Assembly (NCBI GenBank): GCA_902388735.1
Contig: CABMQL010000001.1
Span: 44,064 to 108,063, forward strand
Length of the DNA stretch: 64,000 nt
Source of the DNA: an uncultured Eubacteriales bacterium
GTDB taxonomy: Bacteria; Bacillota; Clostridia; Oscillospirales; Oscillospiraceae
Direction of reading: 5' to 3'
The notes below the pieces were generated by a model. The model was given only the letters and a program-made list of their open reading frames with translations, did not search any database and was not told the DNA's origin. This document shows, piece by piece, positions 10,370 to 18,464 of the stretch. The position numbers and the translations under genes were made by a program. The number at the start of each line of letters is the position of its first letter. Positions within the stretch are counted from its first letter, which is position 1.

Positions 10370-10690
10370 ATGCAAGTAAAAGCAGAGAGCGCGGATCGCA
10401 GGCTGCGGCTGCGCCTGTCCGGCGAGCTGGATCACCATGCCGCCCGCCAGCTTATGAAAAACATCGCAAACGAACTGGAATATGCGCTGCCGCTGGAGGT
10501 TATCCTGGATTTTTCCGGCGTGACCTTCATGGACAGCTCCGGCATTGCTATAGCGCTGCACACGCTGCAGCAGGTAAAGCAGCTAGGGGGAAAAATGCGG
10601 ATCGTGAATCCATCGGCGCAGGTAAAAAAGGTGTTTTTCGCGGCCGGTATCCAAAGAATGATCGAAATGGAGGATGCAGATGAAAAGTGA
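10370..10690 (+). CDS. spoIIAA: Anti-sigma-F factor antagonist SpoIIAA (STAS domain)
   Basis: 106 aa, LSGELDHH motif, first gene of the spoIIA operon. Confidence 0.9.
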   Translation: MQVKAESADRRLRLRLSGELDHHAARQLMKNIANELEYALPLEVILDFSGVTFMDSSGIAIALHTLQQVKQLGGKMRIVNPSAQVKKVFFAAGIQRMIEMEDADEK

Positions 10691-11123
10691 AAATCAGGTA
10701 GCGCTGGAATTTCCCAGCCGCAGCAGCAATGAAGCATTTGCCCGGGTGGCAGCAGCGGGTTTTGCCATGCAGCTGGACCCCACGCTGGAGGAACTGGGGG
10801 ACATCAAAACGGCAGTCAGCGAGGCGGTGACCAACGCCATCGTTCACGGCTATCCGGAGGATTTTGGACGGATCGTTATGAAGCTGCGGATCCGGGAGGG
10901 AAACATCCTGGAGATCGTGGTCAAGGACTGGGGCGTGGGCATTGCGGATGTGGAGCAGGCCCGCAAGCCCATGTTTACCACCGGAAACGATGAGCGCAGC
11001 GGCATGGGCTTTACCATTATGGAGAGCTTCATGGATACACTGCGTGTGCGGTCTGCGCCGCAGAAAGGGACAACGGTGACCATGCGTAAGCGGATCTCCA
11101 CCCGGCTGGGGGAGCGGAAATGA
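10674..11123 (+). CDS. spoIIAB: Anti-sigma-F factor SpoIIAB (serine kinase)
   Basis: 149 aa, GHKL-type kinase motifs. Overlaps spoIIAA by 17 nt and sigF by 4 nt. Confidence 0.9.
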   Translation: MQMKSENQVALEFPSRSSNEAFARVAAAGFAMQLDPTLEELGDIKTAVSEAVTNAIVHGYPEDFGRIVMKLRIREGNILEIVVKDWGVGIADVEQARKPMFTTGNDERSGMGFTIMESFMDTLRVRSAPQKGTTVTMRKRISTRLGERK

Positions 11124-11827
11124 GTGACAGCAGACTGGCCCTGCTGGATCGGGCACAGTCGGGGGACAGCGATGCCTGCGAAAAAATGCTGATGGAAAAC
11201 AGCGGGCTGATCTGGGCCGTAGTGCGGCGATACTACGGCTGCGGGGCAGACCCGGAGGACCTGTATCAGCTGGGATGCATAGGATTCATAAAAGCTGTAA
11301 AGGGATTTGACATTACATATGGAACGCAGTTTTCCACCTATGCGGTGCCAAAGATCGCGGGAGAAATTCGGCGATTTTTACGGGATGACGGACCGGTGAA
11401 GGTAGGGCGCACACTGCGGGAGAGAGGGCAAAGTATCTGGTCGGCCCGACAGCGGCTGCGCACCGCCTTAGGGCGGGAACCGAGGTTATCAGAGGTCGCC
11501 GCCGAGACCGGATGGAGCGCCGAGGAGATCGCCGCGGCGGAACTGGCCGTCTCCGCTCCGGAATCGCTGCAGCAGGAGACGGCGGAGGGGCTGACGCTGG
11601 AATCTACCCTGGGCACGGACGCGCCGGAGGAGTCCCTGGTTGAAAAAATCGCGCTCCGGGAGGCCATACGGGCCCTTCCGGAGCGGGAACAGGAAACGAT
11701 TTATCTTCGGTTCTTCAAATGCATGACTCAGGAGCAGGCGGCGCGGATCCTGGGAGTGTCTCAGGTGCAGGTATCCCGTCTGGAGCGGAAGGGAGTGGCA
11801 CATCTGCGGGAGATGCTTCGGGAATAA
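11120..11827 (+). CDS. sigF: Sporulation sigma factor SigF
   Basis: 235-aa sigma-70 family protein. Third gene of the spoIIA operon. Confidence 0.92.
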   Translation: MSDSRLALLDRAQSGDSDACEKMLMENSGLIWAVVRRYYGCGADPEDLYQLGCIGFIKAVKGFDITYGTQFSTYAVPKIAGEIRRFLRDDGPVKVGRTLRERGQSIWSARQRLRTALGREPRLSEVAAETGWSAEEIAAAELAVSAPESLQQETAEGLTLESTLGTDAPEESLVEKIALREAIRALPEREQETIYLRFFKCMTQEQAARILGVSQVQVSRLERKGVAHLREMLRE

Positions 11828-12590
11828 AGGCGCTTTCCGACTGGAACTCCGTCATGGTAGCGCGATAGCGCTTGGGCAAAAATGTGTTTTGGCAGCGCGG
11901 GTTATACCGATCTTCAATGGCAACGGTGTCAAAAAATGTTTTCCACAGCTTGCGGTATTGCGCCTCCTGTTCGTCCGGCGGCGCAAGGGTCAGGGAATCG
12001 GCCTGCACAATGTGGGACCGGCCCCCGCTGTATAAAAGCAGCTCCCCATGCGTGCGGTCATACAGGAAAAAGGATTCGTTGGCGTAGCGGCTGCAAAAGT
12101 AACCCCTCAGAAAGGGGAGCACCCGGTTTTTGGGCTCAATCTCAGCGCCTAATATGCCGCCGAAGTCGGAGAAGCGCACAAAGCCCCGGAGCTTTTCCAG
12201 CTCGCCGGATAAATGGCGGACGGCCTTATATAGCGGGAAGCAGGCCTCACCAGAGGTGCGGTGCAAAAACTGCGGGCCATCGGCATAGAGCTTTTGGACA
12301 AAACGGTACAGACAGGCTTCCTTGTCGGCCATGCAGGTGTGAAAGGCCCGGTAAAGCAGGCGCCCCGCCCGGGCAGAGCGGCTTTCGATGCTGCGCAGGA
12401 TACGTTCGCTGTGCGTGAGGTCTGTTTCCACACAGCGGACGGGATAAAGAGTGAGAACGGGAAATTCCTCATTGCCGGCAAAGGCAATGGGGAATTCTTT
12501 ATTTACATAACTCTCATAAATGCAGCAGAGAAATCCTTCGTAGCTGCCGTCATATTCATAAACCATGTCGATCCAGGACACTGCGTTCAC
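11715..12590 (-). CDS. Probable DNA metabolism protein, TIGR03915/DUF4130 type (partner of the radical-SAM DNA repair protein)
   Basis: 291 aa. The start overlaps the stop of the upstream radical-SAM gene. The C-terminal ~37 aa are Pro-rich, low-complexity, and encoded antisense to the 3' end of sigF. Confidence 0.7.
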   Translation of the reverse strand: MNAVSWIDMVYEYDGSYEGFLCCIYESYVNKEFPIAFAGNEEFPVLTLYPVRCVETDLTHSERILRSIESRSARAGRLLYRAFHTCMADKEACLYRFVQKLYADGPQFLHRTSGEACFPLYKAVRHLSGELEKLRGFVRFSDFGGILGAEIEPKNRVLPFLRGYFCSRYANESFFLYDRTHGELLLYSGGRSHIVQADSLTLAPPDEQEAQYRKLWKTFFDTVAIEDRYNPRCQNTFLPKRYRATMTEFQSESAFIPEASPADVPLPSAPDGIPAPETLPGSAPPAPESCI

Positions 12591-13855
12591 CCCGTTGCGT
12601 CAAAGAGAGATAGCTGCTGGGCGGCCGGAACAGGCAGACTGCCGCGTTCCACAGCCTGCAGCTGAAAGGCCAGGCTATCGGCGGTAAAATGAAGTCCCTC
12701 CCGCATGCGTCCGCCGCACAGGATAAAAAATTGTGCCCGCTTGAGAACGATACCCATCTTCTTCAGGTCGTCAAAATGGAGAGGACCCGTTCGCCGGGCG
12801 GAAAGTATGCGCCGGGCGCCGGTGGGGCCGATGCCGGGGACACGCAGAAGCCGGTCTAAGCCGGCGGTCATGATCTCCACGGGAAACTGCTCCGGGTGGG
12901 TGATGGCCCAATAGCACTTCGGATCCAGCATGGGATCGAAATTCGGGTGCTGGTCATCCAGCAATTCCTCGGCCCGGAAACCATAAGACCGCAGGAGCCA
13001 ATCCGCCTGGTACAGCCGATGTTCCCGCAGAAGCGGCGGCTTGGTATGCAGTGCAGGGAGGAGGGGGTTTTCCACAACGGGCACATATGCGGAATAAAAG
13101 ACCCGTTTGAGCCGATAGCGGGCATACAGTGATTCGGTCAGATGCAGAATGTGCCGGTCACTATCCTCCGTGGCGCCCACAATGAGCTGCGTGCTCTGCC
13201 CGGCCGGGGCAAAGGCGGGGGCGTGGCGGTACTTCACCAGTTCCTCTTTATTCTGCCGGCCCTGGGCCTCAATGAGCCGCATGGGCGCAAGAATGGCGGC
13301 CTTGCTCTTGTCCGGGGCCAGGGAGGCCAGTCCCTTTTGGGACGGCAGCTCAATATTCACGCTGAGACGGTCCGCCAAATAGCCCAGCCGCTGCACCAGC
13401 TCAGGGCTTGTGCCGGGAATGGCCTTGGCGTGGATATAGCCGTTGAAGCCGTATTCCTGCCGCAGCAGCCGCAGCGACTCGATCATGCGCAGGGTGGTAT
13501 AGTCCGGGTCGCGCAGAACACCGCTGGAGAGAAAAAGTCCCTCAATATAGTTGCGGCGATAGAACTGAATGGTCAGATCGGCCAGCTCCCGGGGAGTAAA
13601 CGCGGTGCGGCGGGTATCGTTGCTGCGGCGGTTGACACAGTATTTGCAGTCGTACACACAGTAATTGGTCATGAGCACCTTCAGCAGGGAGATGCAGCGT
13701 CCGTCAGCGGAAAAGCTGTGACAACAGCCGGCAATGGAGGAGGATGTATTTCCGATCATCCCGGGACGAGAACCGCGCTTGACGCCGCTGGATGTACAGG
13801 AAGCGTCATATTTGGCGGCATCCGTGAGGATGGTCAGCTTATCCAGCAGGTCCAT
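12587..13855 (-). CDS. Putative DNA modification/repair radical SAM protein (TIGR03916 type, C-terminal HhH domain)
   Basis: 422 aa. CxxxCxxC-type cluster region (CVYDCKYC) and C-terminal helix-hairpin-helix (PGIGPTGARRIL). Conserved pairing with a DUF4130 gene. Confidence 0.85.
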   Translation of the reverse strand: MDLLDKLTILTDAAKYDASCTSSGVKRGSRPGMIGNTSSSIAGCCHSFSADGRCISLLKVLMTNYCVYDCKYCVNRRSNDTRRTAFTPRELADLTIQFYRRNYIEGLFLSSGVLRDPDYTTLRMIESLRLLRQEYGFNGYIHAKAIPGTSPELVQRLGYLADRLSVNIELPSQKGLASLAPDKSKAAILAPMRLIEAQGRQNKEELVKYRHAPAFAPAGQSTQLIVGATEDSDRHILHLTESLYARYRLKRVFYSAYVPVVENPLLPALHTKPPLLREHRLYQADWLLRSYGFRAEELLDDQHPNFDPMLDPKCYWAITHPEQFPVEIMTAGLDRLLRVPGIGPTGARRILSARRTGPLHFDDLKKMGIVLKRAQFFILCGGRMREGLHFTADSLAFQLQAVERGSLPVPAAQQLSLFDATG

Positions 13856-13856
13856 T

Positions 13857-13970
13857 TCAGGCGGCGCTGCGCCGGCTGCGGGGCTGATCCACCCGCTCGA
13901 TCAGGCGCATGAGCTGGCCGGAAAAAGCGGCTACACCGATGATTGTGATGATCCATCCGAAAGTCGTCAT
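13857..13970 (-). CDS. Candidate 37-aa small ORF (MTTFGWIITIIGVAAFSGQLMRLIERVDQPRSRRSAA) translationally coupled to the radical-SAM gene
   Basis: Found by hand; below the tool's 60-aa cutoff. SD GGAGGAA 6 nt before the ATG. The stop/start junction is TGAaATG. It is the first cistron after a consensus promoter. Confidence 0.45.
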   Translation of the reverse strand: MTTFGWIITIIGVAAFSGQLMRLIERVDQPRSRRSAA

Positions 13971-13987
13971 GGTGAGTTCCTCCAAAT

Positions 13988-14001
13988 AAAACTTTTGTTC
14001 T
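13988..14001. promoter_or_regulatory. Second, slightly degenerate LexA-like box (AAAAC-tttt-GTTC-T) at the predicted transcription start of the minus-strand operon
   Basis: One mismatch to GAAC-N4-GTTC. Confidence 0.4.
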
Positions 14002-14008
14002 ACTAAGG

Positions 14009-14037
14009 ATTATAAATCGAACAAGAGTTCTTGTCAA
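14009..14037 (-). promoter_or_regulatory. Perfect consensus sigma-A promoter (TTGACA-17-TATAAT) driving the minus-strand smallORF–radical-SAM–DUF4130 operon
   Basis: Reverse complement of 14032-14037 is TTGACA and of 14009-14014 is TATAAT, with exactly 17 nt between them. Confidence 0.7.
14018..14031. promoter_or_regulatory. LexA (Cheo/SOS) box CGAACAAGAGTTCT lying entirely inside the promoter spacer
   Basis: Exact fit to the Firmicute consensus CGAAC-N4-GTTC-T. Confidence 0.7.
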
Positions 14038-14045
14038 GAGGAAAT

Positions 14046-14059
14046 CGAACAAAAATTCT
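14046..14059. promoter_or_regulatory. Third LexA-like box (CGAAC-aaaa-ATTC-T), upstream of both divergent promoters
   Basis: One mismatch to consensus. Confidence 0.4.
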
Positions 14060-14077
14060 AATTTTTTATTTAGGCGG

Positions 14078-14106
14078 TTGACCGGAGGGGAGAATTGATA
14101 TAAAAT
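14078..14106 (+). promoter_or_regulatory. pcrA sigma-A promoter (TTGACC-17-TAAAAT)
   Basis: Hexamers read directly; ~30 nt upstream of the pcrA start. Confidence 0.55.
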
Positions 14107-14135
14107 AGGAATGAAATCAATTGAGAGAGGCCAAT

Positions 14136-16589
14136 ATGAACGAATTAGAAAGACGATTTATAGCCGCCCGGCGCAAGGCCATTGAGCTGGACTACAAGCG
14201 GCTCAATCCCATGCAGCGGGAGGGCGTGCTGACCACTGAGGGGCCGCTGCTGCTGCTGGCGGGTGCGGGCTCCGGCAAGACCACGGTGCTCATTAACCGG
14301 GTGGCAAACCTGCTGCGCTATGGCCGGGGCAGCGACACGGAGGAGATCCCCATTCCTATCTCCGAGGACGAGGTGGCGTTTCTGGAGCAGTATATCCAGG
14401 ACCCCCAGGAGGAGATGCGGCCCGTGATGCAGTATCTGTGTGCCGTGCAGCCGGCCCGGCCATGGGAGGTGCTGGCCATTACCTTCACCAACAAGGCCGC
14501 CGGGGAGCTGAAGGAGCGCCTGGAGCGGATGCTGGGGGAGGAGGCCCTGGATGTGTGGGCAGCCACTTTCCACGCGGCCTGCGTTCGCATTCTGCGCCGG
14601 GATATTGACAAACTGGGCTATGACCGCAATTTTACCATCTATGACACCGACGACTCCAAGCGAGTCATCAAGGATATTCTCAAGGACCTGGGTTTGGAGG
14701 AAAAGCAGTTTCCCACTCGAGAGCTGCTGTCGGTGATCTCCAACGCCAAGGGGGACATGCTCTCCCCGGAGGAGTTCTGCCAGCTGTGGGAGCAGCGGGG
14801 AGATTGGCGGAAAATCAGGATCGGTAAAGTATATAGGCTTTACAACCAAAAGCTCCGGGAGGCCAACGCCCTGGACTTTGACGACATCATCCTGCATACG
14901 GTGACCCTGCTGCAGAGCGACAAAGAGGTGCGCGCGTACTATCAGAATAAGTTCCGCTACATACTCATTGATGAGTACCAGGACACCAACCACCTGCAGT
15001 TCCTCCTGGCGGGTCTGCTGACGGGCCCTCACGGCAACATCTGCGTGGTGGGCGATGACGACCAAAGCATTTACCGCTTCCGGGGCGCGGATATCACCAA
15101 TATCCTCAGCTTTGAGCAGCGCTATAAGAACGCACGGACCATCCGTTTGGAGCAGAATTACCGGTCTACCCAAAACATCCTGGACGCGGCCAACGCGGTG
15201 ATCCGCAACAATGAGGGGCGCAAGGGCAAGACTCTGTGGACCCAAAACGGCGCCGGGGACCCGGTGACCATCAAGACCTGCTTCAACGAGAGCGACGAGG
15301 CCAACTTTGTGGTGGGAGACATCATGACCCGCTACAACCGGGGCGCCAACTGGCGGGACAACGCCATTCTGTACCGGATGAACGCCCAGTCCAACGCCTT
15401 GGAATATGCCTTCAAGCGCAACGGCGTGCCCTATAAGATCGTGGGCGGTGTGAAGTTCTTCGACCGGGCAGAGGTGAAGGATATGCTGGCATATCTGTGT
15501 GTGATCTGCAACCCGGCGGACGACCTGCGCCTGCGACGGATCATCAATGTGCCCTCCCGGAAGATCGGCGGGGCGTCCCTGGAAAAGGCCCAGGCTATTG
15601 CGGCGGCGGAGGGGAAGCCTCTGTTTGAGATCGTCCGCACCGCCCGGAATTACCCGGAGCTGAAGTCCGCCGCCGGGCGGATGGAGGATTTCGGGCAGCT
15701 GATTATGGAGCTGCGGGCGCTGTGCGACCAGCTGGAGCTGGTGGAATTTTACGGCAGGGTCTGCCAGATGTCCGGCTATGTGCAGATGCTGCAGGAAAAG
15801 AATGACATGGAGAGTCGGGGCCGGCTGGAGAACGTGCAGGAGTTGGCCTCCAGCATCAGCGCTTTCCTGGAAAACGACCCCGATGACCCGTCCCTGGCGG
15901 GCTTTCTCAACGATGTGGCCCTGTATACCGACTTGGACGGCCAGTCCGACAGCGACAACTGCGTGACCCTGATGACCATGCACAGCGCCAAGGGCCTGGA
16001 ATTTGACCATGTGTATGTCACCGGCATGGACGAGGGCGTGTTCCCCGGGAACCGCGCTATGGGCGAGCAGGAGGAAATGGAGGAGGAGCGCAGGCTCTGC
16101 TATGTGGCCATGACCCGGGCCCGCAAGACCCTGACCATGACCAACGTGCGCCAGCGGATGCTTTTTGGCCAAACGGAGCCGAAGATGCCCTCCCGATTCC
16201 TGGAGGAGATCCCGGCGGAGAATATGCGCTGGCTCGGAAAGCCCGAGCCGAGAAAGGCGCTCCAGTGGGACGATGACTGGAGCGATGGCTGGTCCGGCGG
16301 CTGGGGGAGCACCACGCGCGGAACATATAAAGCACAGGAGATCAAGCAGCAGACAAGGCAAAAACCTTTACAGCATTCCACAACGACCCGCCGGGTGCCG
16401 GCGGCTGCTTCCGCGCCGCTGATGCAGCTAAGCGCCGGGGATCAGGTGCGCCACAGCGCCTTTGGACAGGGTATGGTGCTCAGCGTGCGGCCTATGGGCG
16501 GCGATGCGCTGATTGAGGTGGCCTTTGACAAAGTGGGCACCAAGAAGCTGATGCTCAAGGCCGCCGGGGCACATCTGACCAAATTGTAA
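14136..16589 (+). CDS. pcrA: ATP-dependent DNA helicase PcrA (UvrD family)
   Basis: 817 aa. Walker A GAGSGKT, UvrD-type helicase motifs, C-terminal Tudor-like tail. SD GAGAGAGG. Confidence 0.92.
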   Translation: MNELERRFIAARRKAIELDYKRLNPMQREGVLTTEGPLLLLAGAGSGKTTVLINRVANLLRYGRGSDTEEIPIPISEDEVAFLEQYIQDPQEEMRPVMQYLCAVQPARPWEVLAITFTNKAAGELKERLERMLGEEALDVWAATFHAACVRILRRDIDKLGYDRNFTIYDTDDSKRVIKDILKDLGLEEKQFPTRELLSVISNAKGDMLSPEEFCQLWEQRGDWRKIRIGKVYRLYNQKLREANALDFDDIILHTVTLLQSDKEVRAYYQNKFRYILIDEYQDTNHLQFLLAGLLTGPHGNICVVGDDDQSIYRFRGADITNILSFEQRYKNARTIRLEQNYRSTQNILDAANAVIRNNEGRKGKTLWTQNGAGDPVTIKTCFNESDEANFVVGDIMTRYNRGANWRDNAILYRMNAQSNALEYAFKRNGVPYKIVGGVKFFDRAEVKDMLAYLCVICNPADDLRLRRIINVPSRKIGGASLEKAQAIAAAEGKPLFEIVRTARNYPELKSAAGRMEDFGQLIMELRALCDQLELVEFYGRVCQMSGYVQMLQEKNDMESRGRLENVQELASSISAFLENDPDDPSLAGFLNDVALYTDLDGQSDSDNCVTLMTMHSAKGLEFDHVYVTGMDEGVFPGNRAMGEQEEMEEERRLCYVAMTRARKTLTMTNVRQRMLFGQTEPKMPSRFLEEIPAENMRWLGKPEPRKALQWDDDWSDGWSGGWGSTTRGTYKAQEIKQQTRQKPLQHSTTTRRVPAAASAPLMQLSAGDQVRHSAFGQGMVLSVRPMGGDALIEVAFDKVGTKKLMLKAAGAHLTKL

Positions 16590-16599
16590 GGAGGCAGCC

Positions 16600-17466
16600 A
16601 TGCAGATAGAAGGACTGTCCTGGTATCCGGGACACATGACGAAAACCAAGCGGATGATCGTGGCGGAAATGGGCCATATGGACGCCGTATGCGAGATTTT
16701 GGACGCGCGGATCCCCATTTCCAGCCGCAATCCCGATGTGGACGAAATGACGGCAGGGAAGCCCCGGCTGGTGGTGCTGAACCGGGTGGACCAGGCCGAC
16801 CCTAAGGAGACGGCCCGCTGGGCGGCATATTTCCGGGGAAAAGGTTACGCCGTGCTGGAGTCCAATGCCAAAAACGGTGTGGGCACGGCCCAGTTCGCCG
16901 CCGCCGTGCGGGAGCTGCTGAAGGATAAGCTCCAGGCCCATGCAGACAAGGGCCAGGTGGGCCGCGTGGTGCGGGTGATGGTGCTGGGCATCCCCAATGT
17001 GGGCAAATCCACCTTTATTAATAAGGTAGCCAAGCGCAAGACCGCCAAGGCCGAGGACCGGCCCGGTGTTACCCGCAGCAAGCAGTGGGTCCCGGTGGAC
17101 AACACCCTGGAGCTGCTGGATACCCCCGGCATGCTCTGGCCGAAATTCGAGGATGTGAACGTGGGTATGCACCTGGCCTTTACCGGTGCCATCAAGGACG
17201 ATGTGATGGACATTGAGGAGCTGGGCAGCTGCCTTATGGAGTACCTGGGCAGGCACTATGCCGATGTCATTCAGGATCGGTACAAGGTAGAGCCCCAGGC
17301 GGATGAAATGGGCTACGACCTGCTGACCCGGGCCGGGCGCAAGCGGGGCTTTCTCATGCGGGGCGCCGAAGTGGACACCGAGCGCATGAGCCGGGTTTTG
17401 CTGGATGAATTCCGGGGTGGCAAGTTAGGCCGCTTTACACTGGAAACGGTGGAGGATGTGAAATAA
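16600..17466 (+). CDS. rbgA: Ribosome biogenesis GTPase A (YlqF/RbgA)
   Basis: 288 aa, circularly permuted GTPase motifs. SD AAGGAGG. Confidence 0.9.
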   Translation: MQIEGLSWYPGHMTKTKRMIVAEMGHMDAVCEILDARIPISSRNPDVDEMTAGKPRLVVLNRVDQADPKETARWAAYFRGKGYAVLESNAKNGVGTAQFAAAVRELLKDKLQAHADKGQVGRVVRVMVLGIPNVGKSTFINKVAKRKTAKAEDRPGVTRSKQWVPVDNTLELLDTPGMLWPKFEDVNVGMHLAFTGAIKDDVMDIEELGSCLMEYLGRHYADVIQDRYKVEPQADEMGYDLLTRAGRKRGFLMRGAEVDTERMSRVLLDEFRGGKLGRFTLETVEDVK

Positions 17467-18102
17467 ATGACCGAAAAAACGGACCTGTGGCAGATGGAAC
17501 GGGAGCTGATGGAGCAGGGAGCGGAGATCATCTGCGGCTGTGACGAGGCCGGAGCCGGGCCTTTGGCGGGACCGGTGTACGCCGCGGCGGTGATCCTGCC
17601 GCCCTACTGCCATATCCAGGGCCTTGACGACAGCAAAAAACTCACGGAGAGGAAGCGGGAGGCCCTGTATGAAGTCATTACCCAAAGGGCTGTCTGCTGG
17701 GCTGTGGCGCGGGTGGAAGCGGCGGAGATCGACGCCACGGATATTTTAAGCGCCCGGATGAAAGCCATGCAGCAGGCTATCGATGCGCTGGCCATCCGGC
17801 CCGAGGTGGCCCTCATCGACGGCAACCGGGACAAGGGCCGCAGCGTGGCCATCACCACGCCGCACAGGCTGGTGGTAGGCGGCGACGGCAAGAGCGCCAG
17901 CATTGCCGCCGCGTCCATCCTGGCCAAGGTGAGCCGGGACCGGTTCGTGGCCGATGAGCTGGACGAGCGCTATCCCCAGTACCAATTCGCTAAGCACAAG
18001 GGCTACGGCACCAAGCTGCACTATCAGATGCTGGATGCCTACGGCCCCTGCCCGGAGCATCGGCGCACATTCCTGAAAAAGTGGGAGGAGAAGCGCACAT
18101 GA
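17467..18102 (+). CDS. rnhB: Ribonuclease HII
   Basis: 211 aa. DEAGAGP catalytic motif. Conserved rbgA–rnhB order. Confidence 0.92.
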   Translation: MTEKTDLWQMERELMEQGAEIICGCDEAGAGPLAGPVYAAAVILPPYCHIQGLDDSKKLTERKREALYEVITQRAVCWAVARVEAAEIDATDILSARMKAMQQAIDALAIRPEVALIDGNRDKGRSVAITTPHRLVVGGDGKSASIAAASILAKVSRDRFVADELDERYPQYQFAKHKGYGTKLHYQMLDAYGPCPEHRRTFLKKWEEKRT

Positions 18103-18464
18103 GCCGCAGCGTAGGGACCTGGGGCGAGGCGCAGGTGGCAAACTACCTCCGCAGGAAAAAGCTTCGCTTGGTGGCGCACAGCTACCACTGCCGCTTCGGG
18201 GAGATCGACCTTATTGCCATGGACGGAAACACCCTCTGCTTTATAGAGGTGAAGACCCGGAGTAACCTGGCCGTGGGCCTGCCCCGGGACTATGTTACCG
18301 CCGCCAAGCGGGAGCGCATACGGAAAACGGCGCTGTTCTACCTCAGCGAGAAGGACCTGGACTGCCCGGTGCGCTTTGATGTGGCGGAGGTCTACCGGGG
18401 TGCTGACGGCGAAGCGGCGCGCATAACCTATATGAAAAACGCATTTGAGGTGGAGGCAAATTGA
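18099..18464 (+). CDS. YraN-family (UPF0102) predicted endonuclease
   Basis: 121 aa. GE-x-D...E-V-K nuclease core. ATGA overlap with the rnhB stop. Confidence 0.8.
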   Translation: MSRSVGTWGEAQVANYLRRKKLRLVAHSYHCRFGEIDLIAMDGNTLCFIEVKTRSNLAVGLPRDYVTAAKRERIRKTALFYLSEKDLDCPVRFDVAEVYRGADGEAARITYMKNAFEVEAN

